A program made the position numbers and the translations under genes. Under the pieces are notes generated by a model. It had not been told where the DNA came from. It made no database searches and saw nothing but the letters and a program-made list of their open reading frames with translations. This document shows positions 37,920-50,529 of a stretch of DNA of 64,000 nt, one piece after another. Each line of letters begins with the position of its first letter. Position 1 is the stretch's first letter. This DNA comes from Squalus acanthias (Eukaryota), in contig CM059425.1 in NCBI GenBank assembly GCA_030390025.1, forward strand, positions 178,624,001 through 178,688,000. Reading direction: 5' to 3'.

Positions 37920-38400
37920 CACACTGTTTGTCCGACATCCAGTACCGGATGAGCAGAAATTTCCTCCAATGAAATATTGGGAAGACTGAAGCCATTGGGC
38001 TTGATTTTTCCAGGCCCGAGGAGGTGGGAATGGAGGCGTGTGGGGTGTTAAAATTGCAAAAAATGGCGGGCGGGCCCGACCCCGCCTCCGAGCAATTTTC
38101 CCAAGTGCGTGGTTTCTGATCCCGTCTCCGTCCTGCCTCCAAGAGGCGGGATAGGCCCTTAAGGCCCTTAACAACCACTTAATTGCCTCTATAATCCCAT
38201 TTTGAGAGGCCTTTCTGATTTTAACACTTTTCTGACGTGATGCACGCCTCCTCTGAAACACGACGGTGAAACCTGGCGGTAGCACACTTGGATTGCTGAC
38301 TATCAGCTGCAGGTCCACCATTAAGAAGGAGATTTGATCAATCATCATTCTGGGGGAACTTTTAGCAGTCATAGCCATTGTTGTGGAAGTTTGGAGCCTG

Positions 38401-38433
<33 letters not shown>

Positions 38434-39598
38434 GTGTAGTTGTAGTAGTGGTGGTGGTGTTGGTGGTGGTGGTGGTGGCGGTGGTGGAGGAAAATTCTGA
38501 GAGCAGACTTAGGTCTCCTGCTGCTCATTTTGCCTCCAGGTCCCTCTCACAGCAAAGGCCAAAAGCTTCCCAGTCTTTGCAGACCTTAAATGCAGCAGCA
38601 ATGATGACATCATCAGAGGCGACTTTCAGACTGAAAAAACTAATTGGGTCATGGGTTCCCACATGTTGGAACTCAATTGCCCAATTAGGGGAAAATCGAA
38701 TAATTCTCCCACATCCAATTGGAGTCGGGTGGCTAACACGAAAAGTGGATGACACGACCCCAGCCCACCCCATGACAAAATCGAGCCCATTGTCTTCGAT
38801 CCCTGCCATAGACTTTGTTCCCTAGCCACTGACTCCATCTATCTCCCTTGCCACTTTCTGAAGCTGAACCAGACCGTTCGTAACCTTGCCATCCTATTTG
38901 ACCCCGAGATGAGTTTCCAATCCCATCACCAAGACTGTCTACTACCAGTTCCGTAACATCACCCATCTCCGCCCCTGCCTCAGCTCATCTGCTGCTGAAA
39001 CCCTCATCCATGCCTTTGTTACCTCTAGACTCGACTATTCCAATGCTCACCTGGCCGCGCTCCCACCTTGGCTTGTACCCTCCATAAACTCGAGCTCATC
39101 CAAACCTCTGCTGCCCGTTTCCTAACTTGCACCAAGTTCCGTTCACCCTTCACTCTTGTGCTCGCTGACCTACATTGGCTCCAGGTCCAGCAACACCTTA
39201 ATTTTAAAATTCTCATCCTTGTTTTCAAATCCTTCCATGGCCTCGCCCTTCCTACCTCTGTAACCTCCTCCAGCCCAGAAACCCTCTGAAATCTTTGCAA
39301 TCCTTCACTTCTCGCCTCTTGTGCATCCCAGATTTTAATCGCTCCACCATTGGCAGTCATGCCGTCAGCTGCCAAGGCCCTAGGCTCTGGAATTCCCTCC
39401 CTAAACCTCTCTGCCTCTCTACCTCTCTCTCCTCCTTTAAGATGCTCCATAAAATCTACCTCTTTGACCAAACTTTTAGTCACCCGTCCTAATATCTCCT
39501 TATGTGGCTCGATGTCAAATTTTGTTTGCGAACGCTCCTGTGAAGCACCTTGGGAAGTTTTACTATGTTGAAGGCGCTATATAAATGCAGGTTGTTGT
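37920..39598 (+). mobile_element. L2 LINE 3' fragment split by MITE
   Basis: GAAGACTGAAGCCATT|GTCTTCG rejoin; LIQTSAAR...LHWL...FKIL; L2 tail. Confidence 0.88.
37997..38788. mobile_element. Harbinger MITE (family A) with internal (TAG)n/(TGG)n
   Basis: TIR GGGCTTGATTTT / AAAATCGAGCCC, TSD ATT; microsatellite 38402-38488. Confidence 0.9.
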
Positions 39599-39754
39599 TA
39601 CAGTATTTTATAGCTGGTGACAGGCATTAGCTAAAGCTCCAGAAGATGCAATATTGATCTCCCATTTTACAATGATTTGGACAGATGTCTATACACATGA
39701 TACAATACTTTATTCACTCCTGTTGTTAATGCCGGCAGGAACATAGAGAATTAT

Positions 39755-42700
39755 AGGGGGAGTGTTTGCAAGTGCTGTTGGGGAGGGTTTAAACTAAAAT
39801 GGCAGGGGGTTGGGAACCTGTGCAGGGATACAGAGGAAAGGGAAGCAAGGATAGAAACAAAAGACAGGAAGGAGAAAAGCAAAAGTGGAAGGCAGAGAAA
39901 TCAAAGGTGTAAATCAAACAGGGCTACAGTAAATAATAATTCTAAAAGGACTAAGAGTGTTAAAAAAACAAGCCTGAAGGCTTTGTGTCTTAATGCGAGG
40001 AGCATTCGCAATAAGGTGGATGAATTACCTGCGCAAATAGATGTAAACGGATATGATATAATTGGGATTACAGAGACATGGCTCCAGGGTGACCAAGGCT
40101 GGGAATTCAACATCCAGGGGTATTCAATATTCAGGAAGGACAGGCAAAAAGAAAAAGGAGGTGGGGTAGCATTGCTGGTTAAAGAGCAGATTAACACAAT
40201 AGTAAGGAAGGATATTAGTTCTGATGATGTGGAATCTGTATGGGTAGAGCTGAGAAATACCAAGGTGCAGAAAACGTTAGTGGGAGGTGTATACAGACCC
40301 CCAAACAGTAATGCTGAGGTTGGGGATGGCATTAAATGGGAAATTAGAGACGCGTGCAATCAGGGCACAGCAGTCATCATGGGTGACTTTAATCTACATA
40401 TAGATTGGGCTAACCAAATTATAACAATACTGTGGAGGAGGAATTCCTAGAGTGTATACGGGATGGTTTCCTGGACCAATATGTTGAGGAACCAACTAGA
40501 GATCAGGCCATCTTAGACTGGGTATTATGTAATGAGAAAGGATTAATTAGCAATCTTGTTGTGCGAGGCCCCTTGGGGAGGAGCAATCATAATATGATAG
40601 AATTCTTCATTAAGATGGAGAGTGAAGTAGTTGACTCAGAGACTAGGGTCCTGAATTTAAACAAAGGAAACTACAATGATATGAGGCAAGAGTTGGCTAG
40701 GATGGATTGTGGAGCATTACTTAAAGGGTTGACGGTGGATAGGCAATGGCAAACATTTAAAGATCGCATGGATGAACTACAGAATTTGTTCATCTCTGTT
40801 TGGCATAAAAATAAAACAAAAAAGGTGACTCAACCGTGGCTAACAAGGGAAATTAGGGATAGCATAAGATCCAAGGAGAGGACATATAAATTGGGCAGAA
40901 AAAGCAGCAAACCTGAGGATTGGGAGCAGTTTAGGATTCAGCAAAGGAAGACAAAGGGATTAATTAAGAGGGGGAAAATAGAATATGAGAGTAACTTGCA
41001 GGATCATAAAAACTGACTGTAAAAGCTTCTATAGATATGTGAAGCGAAAAAGATTGGTGAAGTCAAGCATAGGTCCCTTGCAGTCAGAATCAGGGGAATT
41101 TATAATGGGGAACAAAGAAATGGCTGACCAAATAAATACATACTTTGGTTCTGTCTTCACAAAGGAGGACACAAATAACCTCCCAGAGATGTCGGGGAAC
41201 ATAGGGTCTAATGAGAGGGAGGAATTGAATTAAATCAGTATTTGTAGGGAAATGGTGTTAGGGAAATTGACGGGATTGAAGGCCGATAAATCCCCTGGGC
41301 CTGATAATCTACATCCTAGGGTACTTAAGGAAGTGGCCCTAGAAATAGTAGATGCATTGCTGGTCATCTTCCAAAATTCTATAGATTCTGGAACAGTTCC
41401 CATGGATTGGAGGGTAGCTAATGTAACCTCACTATTTAAAAAAGGCGGTAGAGAGAAACAGGGAATTATAGACGCCTGACATCGGTGGTGGGGAAAATGC
41501 TAGAGTCCATTATAAAAGATGTAATAGCAGAGCACTTGGAAAACAGGGACAGGATCGGCCAAAGTCAACATGGATTTACAAAAGGTAAATCATGCTTGAC
41601 TAATCTACTGGAATTTTTTGAGGATGTAACTGGTAGAATAGATAAGGGAGAAACAGTGGATGTGGTGTATTTGGACTTTCAGAAGGCTTTCGATAAGGTC
41701 CCGCATAAGAGATTAGCGTGCAAAGTTAAGGTACATGGGATTGGGGGTAAGGTACTGACTTGGATAGAGAACTGGTTGGCAGACAGGAAGCAAAAAGTTG
41801 GAATAAACGGGACTTTTTCCGAGTGGCAGGCAGTGACTAGAATGGTACCGCAGGGATCAGTGCAAGGACCCCAGTTATTCACAATATATATTAATGATCT
41901 AGACGAGAGAACTCGATGTAATATCTCCAAGTTTGCAGACGACACAAAGCTGGGTGGGCGTGTGTGCTGTGAGGAGGATGCAGAGAAACTCCAGTATGAT
42001 TTGGACAGGTTGGGTGATTGGGCAGATGCATGGCAGATGCAGTATAATGTGGATAAATGCGAGGTTATCAACTTTGGTGGCAAAAACAGGAAGACAGATT
42101 ATCTGAACGGCAATAGATTGGGAAAAGGGGAAGTGCAACGAGATCTGGGAGGCCTTGTGCACCAGTCACTGAAGGTAAGCATGCAGGTGCAGCAGGCGGT
42201 TAAGAAGGCAAATGGTATGTTGGCCTTCATAGCGAGAGGATTCGAGTACAGGAGCAAGGATGTCTTGCTGCAGTTGTACAAGGCCTTGGTGAGACCACAC
42301 CTTGAGTAGTGTGTGCAGTTTTGGTCGCCTTATCTGAGGAAGGATGTTCTTGCCATGGAGGGAGTGCAGCGAAGATTTACCAGACTGATACCTGGGATGG
42401 CAGGAATGACGTATGAAGAGAGATTGGGTCGATTAGGCTTATATTCGCTAGAGTTTCGAAGAATGAGAGGGGATCTCATTGAAACTTAGAAAATTCTTAC
42501 AGGACTAGACTGACTAGATGCAGGAAGGATGTTCCCGATGGCGGGGGAGTCCAGAACCAGATGTCACAGTCTAAGGATAAGGGATAAGCCATTTAGGACT
42601 GAGATGAGGAGGAATTTCTTCACCCAGAGAGTGGTGAACCTATGGAATTCTCTACCACAGAAGGCAGTTGAGGCCAATTCATTAAATATATTTAAGAAGG

Positions 42701-42865
42701 AGATAGATATATTTCTTAAGGCTAAAGGGATCAAGGGATATGGGGAGAAAGCAGGGTCAGGGTACTGAATTTGGATGATCAGCCATGATCTCATTAAATG
42801 GCGGAGCAGGCTCGAGGGGCTGAATGGCCTACTGCTGCTCCTATCTTCTATGCTATGCTTCTATG
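39755..42865 (+). mobile_element. CR1 LINE (end of ORF1, disrupted ORF2, 3' tail)
   Basis: CLNARSIRNK, GITETW, GDFN, YLDFQKAFDKVPH, FADDTK; tail CTTCTATG repeats. Confidence 0.93.
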
Positions 42866-42877
42866 AAAGCCTTCTGA

Positions 42878-43845
42878 AAGGGAGAACCACTGGATGTGGT
42901 GTATTTGGACTTTCAGAAGGCTTTCGATAAGGTCCCGCATAAGAGATTAGCGTGCAAAGTTAAAGCACATGGGATTGGGGGTAAGGTACTGACTTGGATA
43001 GAAAACTGGTTGGCAGACAGGAAGCAAAGAGTTGGAATAAATGGGTCTTTTTCCGAGTGGCAGGCAGTGACTAGTGTAGTACCGCAGGGATCAGTGCAAG
43101 GACCCCAGCTATTCACAATATATATTAATGATCTAGACGAGGGAATTCGATGTAATATCTCCAAGTTTGCAGATGACACAAAGCTGGGTGGGCGTGTGTG
43201 CTGTGAGGAGGATGCAGAGAAACTCCAGTATGATTTGGACAGGTTGGGTGATTGGGCAGATGCATGGCAGATGTAGTATAATGTGGATAAATGCGAGGTT
43301 ATCCACTTTGGTGGCAAAAACAGGAAGACAGATTATCTGAACGGCAATAGATTGGGAAAAGGGGAAGTGCAACGAGATCTGGGAGGCCTTGTGCACCAGT
43401 CGCTGAAGGTAAGCATGCAGGTGCAGCAGGCGGTTAAGAAGGCAAATGGTATATTGGCCTTCATAGCGAGAGGATTCGAGTACAGGAGCAAGGATGTCTT
43501 GCTGCGGTTGTACAAGGCCTTGGTGAGACCACACCTTGAGTATTGTGTGCAGTTTTGGTCGCCTAATCTGAGGAAGGATGTTCTTGCCATGTTGGGAGTG
43601 CAGCGAAGATTCACCAGACTGATACCTGGGATGGCAGGAATGACATATGAAGAGAGATTGGGTCGATTAGGCTTATATTCGCTAGAGTTTCGAAGAATGA
43701 GAGGGGATCTCACTGAAACTTATAAAATTCTAACAGGACTAAACAGATTAGATGCAGGAAGGATGTTCCCGATGGCGGGGGAGTCCAGAACCAGATGTCA
43801 CAGTCTAAGGATAAGGGGTAAGCCATTTAGGACTGAGATGAGGAA
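42878..43845 (+). mobile_element. Second CR1 RT segment, tandem near-copy of about 41645-42612
   Basis: Colinear and near-identical, sharing atypical residues. Confidence 0.9.
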
Positions 43846-43852
43846 GCTTTGA

Positions 43853-43914
43853 ATGGGCTGTGCAGCCCGTTAAAGGGACCGTGCACTTAAAAAAACAAAT
43901 TAGGAGGAACATTG
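43853..43914. mobile_element. One end of the hAT MITE family seen at 2762
   Basis: TTAAAGGGACC...AATTAGGAGGAACATTG. Confidence 0.6.
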
Positions 43915-46900
43915 GTCATCACTGGAGGCAATGTGGGCACAATCTCAACATAACTGCTGCAGTCGTTTCCTGAGGAAGTTTGGCTGCAATATAATTATGT
44001 AAATGATGTCAAAACACATTATTGCATCACTTGTATAGGATATCATTGTGATAAAAAGGAAGAACAGCTTTCTGGATCTTCTCCTTGCTCAAACAATAAA
44101 AAGGCTATGGCCAAGCTTTATTTCATGAAGGTGCCCCTTTAAAACAGACGACATGACGACCTTGAACATTGAACAAATTTACATTACACTCGAGACATGC
44201 ATCACAGTTGTTGAAATCTGATTACATAAAGTACTGCATACAACAAAGTTGATAATATGAAGGTGGCAGAAAAGGTGATGTTTGTTTGGTTCAATTGATT
44301 AATTAAAAAGGAGAGGTTATTGGAGACATAGGTGCCTTGACTCCATAATCCATCTGTAGCACAACTGTTAATCAGTATTTGTTACAAATTTGTAGTTGAG
44401 ACATTTAAGAAAAATAGCAGAACATAAATGGTATAGAACTATTTACCCTGATTGTACACTGGAATAAAATCTCCCATCTCTTCACCCTGCTGCAGTTCCA
44501 GTTAGGAGGCTGTTATGAAGAACCCAATGTCGTTAGGGCGAGAGACAAGACAATGTCAGCGCACACATTGCACAGTTAAGCTAACATTTCCACTCATTTG
44601 ATGGTAATCCCTGGGAGATTTTTATTCTTTCAAATCATCATGAATAGAACTACATATAATTTCAGTGGAAATTAAAATAAAAATGAGAAACTTGCCATTT
44701 TGCTCAGACTATTTCTTGCAATTCTTATCTTCATAAATCTGTCTCACTCACTGAAGCTCTGTTCCTTTTCTTACACACTTTCATATTATGTCTTGTTCTG
44801 TGCTCTTTTCTATCTGACTCTGTGGACAGAAACCAGGCCGGGGGGAGGGTGGGGGGCGGGGGCGGGGGGGGCGGGCGGCGTGTAGTTAAAATGAAGTGCT
44901 TACCCGCTAGCCTCCCGCCCCAATCCTGCCGACTGCAATTTTAAATTGCAGGCACCAAGGAAACCAGCTCGAATGTCATCGGGGCTCACCTGCAATCTTA
45001 ACCCCAGGCCGGCATGTGGAAGCCCTCGTCCGCCAGACCAAACCTGTCAGCATCAGGAGAGGCAAGGTTTTTACATTTTTGGGGGGTTTCTTGCAGACCA
45101 GGAAGAGCAGCCATAAGGCCATCCCATAAAGTTCATCGCAAGGTCAGGTCCTGGCTTATTTGATTTTTGGCCTAGTTTTTGGTCATTAAGTTATGGCGGG
45201 AGAATGCTAGAATGGCCACTGATTTTCAGGGCCCAAGTGTTTTTTTATTGGTGGTGTGTACCTTTTTGTATATGGATGTCCCATGAGATTTGTAGACATC
45301 TTTTGGGGGAAACAGTTGCCTGATCAGTATTTTGTGATTTGTTTCTTCATTTATTTTTTAACTTACTTTCGTGGGTATCCCTGGAAGTTTTTGATACTTT
45401 TTTACCGCTTTCCCATGGCTCCTTAAGAATGTGGGAGGAAAGCGTGTCTTCGATATGATGCATCTGATTAAGGTGCTTTTATGCATATGCTTGACACTGA
45501 ATCTAATTTCAGGAGAGTCATGTTCATGTGCTGCTCTCCATCTTTAGATTTAAACTGGAGATCCATTCTCCATGGGCATGCTGCACTCTGTTGTTATAGG
45601 AACCCAGAGAAAGCAAATGTACAGAATTGGAGAGCAGAGCGTGATGTTGAATATAACAGCAGCTAGATATTGTGCATTCAGCAACTTGCATTTCTCAACA
45701 GTTTTTTTAGTGCATTGTGAAAGAGAGGCTATCCAGTCACTTTACGGCTATATACTTTCAATAGAATGATAAACTATGTTTCACTTTTTATTTCTAATTG
45801 GGTGACAAATTTTAAAATGTTTACTATCTTCCAGGCACTGCTAAACAGAATCCACCAGTTTAGCCAGCCACCATTTGACACCTATATTTCTCACCTGAAT
45901 TAAAGACATAGACAGGCGGGCAGGTTTTTGAAACAGAATGCTGAGTCAGGCAGTAAAGGCTGCAAGAAGGTTAGAATGCAGGAGAGACTAGTCAGAAATT
46001 ATCTGGCTTAAGTCATGCAAGACAGCCCATTTTATATTATTATTCAAAGATAAGTTGTGCAAATTGAATTAAGTGAATCTGATTCTAACTGCTTCAAAAC
46101 CCCAAGGAAATAGTGGAGACCAGTAAGTGGGTCTTCCCCATTCCCTTGGGGTTTCTGCCGGTTATGGTTGGAGACAGGTAGAACGGCCGTGCAATTTCAG
46201 GGCCATTTTGACTGAATAAGAATTACATTTGATGACTTTTTTTTCTAATTACTATTTTCAAGGGTACTCCATTTCAGAAGCTTTAAGCTATTGTTTAACT
46301 AAAGGTCTTTGCAACATGCGCATTTGAGGTCAGTAGAGTATAAAGAGGAATTTCTTCATGAAAAACTATTTGATGAACCTTTTTTGGGGGAGGTAGTGGG
46401 GAGAAGGAGAAGCATTGCTACTTCACACATGATGTTGTCATGCCAAGACATGCAATGATGCGTTTCACACAGATTTGTGTGTTGTTGCTTCTTGATATCT
46501 CTCATGTCCCTTTAAACTGGAACATTGTTTCCAATAAGGGCACAGTAGAAGGTACCCTATAGAGAGTACACAACCTGACTCTTGCAGCTGGAGGCCGGAA
46601 AAGCTTTTGAAACAGGATTTTTGCCTGAATTATAAAAATATAAATAGTGCTTGCCAGCATCATTAAGCTACCATTTTGTATATTAAATATCAAGAAAGAT
46701 CTGTGGCTAGACTGGTAGAGTTGTGAATGTGATGTTCAAAATGTACTTCATTAGCTATGAAGCACTTTGAGACGATCGGAGAATATGAAAGGCGCTATAT
46801 AATTGCCAGTTTGTTCTTTCTTTCCAGTACCACAAGCTACATTCATGATTTTGGAGCAACTCTCAAAGCCCAAATCTTGGACATACAGTCCAGGAATTTC

Positions 46901-48114
46901 CTTGGAGCATGTAAATAGGGAATCTGCCGCAATTCCGGGGAAGTTACGGTGACGGAGTGGGAGCAGTGTCAAGGAAATTCCTGGCCATACAATTCCCTGC
47001 TGCTGCTCAATCCACCTCCTAATATAAGCAGAGCAGATGTGGCACAATATAAAGAAGCACACAGTATGGCACTCATTTCATTTTAACACACAAGGAGATT
47101 TAATACTTGGAGAGTTTCTCCGTGAATGAACTTAAGAATCAAGTGGAAACACTTCCTAGGGTTAGCCACAAGCTTCTCTTAATGGCTCATTGAGTCCCAA
47201 CAAATTGTGCAAACATCCATTTGCCATATGTAAAGCCTCAGCCCTGGGCTTCAGCAGACCGCTCAAATCATGATGGCCAAAACCAATCTGTTTAAACAAT
47301 GTGTTTTCAGCAACAACCATTGAATTAGGTCAGTTTTTCTAACTGATGCATCAGTGGACCGTGGAAGCCAACAACACAGACTCTTAGTTGTTCAGGTCTG
47401 TAGCCTGACCCTCAGGGCAAGAGCAAGACGGCCTGAGCAATGGTCCTTTTAAAGCACTGATCAACTGCTTGATGTAAACCTGAGGCCACTGCTGAGGGAA
47501 ATGTCGCTCCATTAGCAAATGGAAGTTTACATGACATTAAGTAACTGATTGAAAATGGCTTAATGCTGTTTATAGAAACTGATTTTTAAACAGACATGCG
47601 AGCCTCTTGTATTACATTATTAAAACAAGCCTACAGGAGAGGGGGAGGGGAAATGGAGAGGAATAAAGACTGCACAGTCATTGCTAGCCTGGCAACTCAA
47701 GTAATATAGAAATGGATTACAGATCAGAGGGCCCAGATTTAAATGTCTTTTGTGCACATATAGCTTTTTAGGTGAGACTTACCAGATCTTCAGCAAGTTG
47801 ATATGCAGCTGGAGTACGTTACAACAGCAGCATGCTTGTGGGGAGGGGGGAGGGGGATAATTTATTTAGCAAAAGTACACATATTAATATAGGTAAGGAC
47901 AGTATTGACTTGAAGAAGTTCTGACCATCCTGTCCTCCCAGATGGAGGAGAAACGTAGAAGTAGAATGCAGTACAGAAGACTTGCAAAGGTAACTGTACA
48001 AAAAAGAAGGCACATGGCAAAATGCCCTGTTTCCTCAGGAGATCAAATAGAGTTCAGATGATTGTGATCCATGCTGTATCTAGTCTCTCCCTGTTTACAC
48101 TCATTCATGAACTA

Positions 48115-48533
48115 CATAGAATTAACAGCACAGAAACAGGCCATTCGGTCCAACTGGTCTATGCCAGTGTTTATGCTCCACACAAGCCTCCTCCAACCCT
48201 ACTTCATCGAACCCTATCTGCATATCCTTCTATTCTTTTCTCCCTCATGTACTTTCTAGCTTCTCCTTAAAGGCATCTATGCTATTGGTCTCAACTACTT
48301 CCTGTGGTAGCAAGTTCCAGATTCTAACCACTCCCTGGGTAAATAAGTTTCTCCTGAATTCCTCATTGGTTTTACTAGTGACTATCTTATATTTATGGCC
48401 CTGAGTTTTGGATTCCCCCACAAGTGGAAACATCTTCTCCACATTTACCCTATCAAACCCCTTCATAATTTTAAAGACCTCGCTTAGGTCACCCCTCAGC
48501 CTTCTCTTCTCTAGAGAAAAGAGACCCAGCCTG
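48115..48533 (-). mobile_element. CR1 3' fragment
   Basis: MKGFDRVNVEKMFPL...FTQGVVRIWNLLP. Confidence 0.85.
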
Positions 48534-48998
48534 TCAGAACTGAATCATTTCATGCGCCGATCAGTGTCGAAGTATTTGTGCCATAAAACTGACAAGCCTT
48601 GGTTTTCCTCAGGACAGACACTGAAGCAATACACGTGTGTGTATATGTACCAGGCAACAAAGGTAGGCCAGATGACTGAATTATGAGATTACAGGTGAGT
48701 CCTTCAATTCATCAGATTATCCTCAGTTGCTCATTTCAGTATGTGTAACTGTAATTCAATCATTTCTTTGAATCACAGAATGAATATGGCTGCTTTGATG
48801 AAGATAGTGGTCATATTCTTTTGTTTGAAAGTGGCTCCATTTTAACCCTGGCTGGAAACAGTACAGTGTGAGGCATAATCTTTTTCGTAAGGGTCCCTTC
48901 AACTGTTTCAAGATGCTTGCAATTGAGTTTTGTTAGAAAGTGAGAACATCTGCACTGTCCATATCAGCCTGAATCAGATCACATTAGCCTGACACAGA

Positions 48999-50403
48999 GG
49001 GGGCGATTTTCCCACTGGAGGCGAGATGGAGGCGGGTTTCAGTTTGGGTGGATTTGAAACTCGCCTCCACTGATAGTTTTCAAAAATTTGCGATTTTCCC
49101 CTGATTGGCCACTTGATTTCAGAGGTGTGGGATGCCCTTGCTCAATTAGTGTTTTGGGACTGAAACTCGCCTCTGTTGACAGCACTTTTCCAATCTGATT
49201 TTATGGCTTCTTGCTCCCTTGGCTCATTCCACAGCATTTCTGCGTCTCCTGCACCACCTCCAACATCTTTTGAGAAACCACTATGTCCAATTCCAAGGCA
49301 AGGGCCTACCCGAGGCTCTCGGACGAGGCGCTGCAAATGTTGTTGGAGGGGGTGTCAGCTAGCATGGAGGTGCTCTTCCACTCATCTCGGAGGAAGAGGC
49401 CTCACAAAGAAACCAAGGCTGTGTGGGTACATCTGGCAAGGGATATAACCTTAAGATCTGTGTGCAGATTGGGAGACTGCTTCTGTGTATTGATGAAATG
49501 CCATCCCTTTTGGAAAGCATTAAAATGATTTGAAGCCAAAATGTTGGCGTTATGCCATCTGTTCTTTCGGCTTAGGCAGCTCCACATTGTGGGCACCGGC
49601 ACACTTGCATTGTCAGGTTGGTGGCCTGAGTAAAAGGAGGCCAGAGTCATGTCTATTGTCAATGATGTCCTAGGATGGAGCAAAGGACATGTGCCAACTT
49701 GGGAAACCTATGCAAATCTGGCCATGATAAGTTCATCCCTTGCATCCCGGGCAGCCATGTGCTCGCATGCTGCCGCTGGTCGATACACCAGCGCTCTGAC
49801 CTCCTCTTCCTCCTCCTCCAGATCCTCCTCATCCTTATCTGAGGTCCATGCAGAAAGAAAACGAATGGTTCCCATGCTGCTTGTAGATGCCTCCTTTGGG
49901 GAAGCGCTCATTGCGAGTGGGGAGAGGGTCTTCCAAGGAGGTCCCACAGTTGATGGAGTCAAGCTGCAGCACCTCTGACTTCGGAAGGCCTTCTAAAAGT
50001 GCTGAGAGACCTTTTAAAGCCAAGGTCTGGCACCTGCAAGTAATCCTTGCTGCAATAAACGATGTCTTGTTAGTCCTGCAGCAGTGAGGAGGCCACCCAC
50101 GAGTCAACCCACCAGGTTTACCTGGCGTGGTTTAGGAGGTGCATGGAGCATGCCGAAAAGCTGGAAAAATCACGAGGGCCTCTCAAAATAGGCTTAGAGA
50201 GGCCCTTAACGAGCATTTAAGGATGTTAAATAGCGCAATGGCCAGCTGGAGGCGGAAGCGTTTCCCAACCTCCAAAACCGGCACCGGCAAAATCCCACGG
50301 AGGTGGGTTCCAAACCCGACCTCTTTGAATCTGATTTTCCTGCCTTTCCCGCCTCCAAACCCGCCTCCAAACCCGCCTCCTCCGACGTCAGAACATCGCC
50401 CCC
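48999..50403. mobile_element. Internally deleted Harbinger
   Basis: TIR GGGGGCGATTTT / AACATCGCCCCC, TSD AGA; Myb N-terminus 49283-49460 (+); fused transposase ends 49708-49875 (-). Confidence 0.88.
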
Positions 50404-50529
50404 AGACTGTTCTAAAGTGATTTTCAATGAAATTTCGGTCATTTTTGAGCACTTTGAATGGAAGATTTTCAATGTCCTGGACTGAATGCAGTAAGATTCA
50501 GCTGCAGCATGCATCTTGTAGTGTAAACC

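Noticed and set aside
37881..38825. Poly-His/Tyr and poly-Val ORFs
   Set aside because: Translations of a (TAG)n/(TGG)n microsatellite inside a MITE
26804..43713. Antisense ORFs over CR1 RT
   Set aside because: Shadow frames of ORF2
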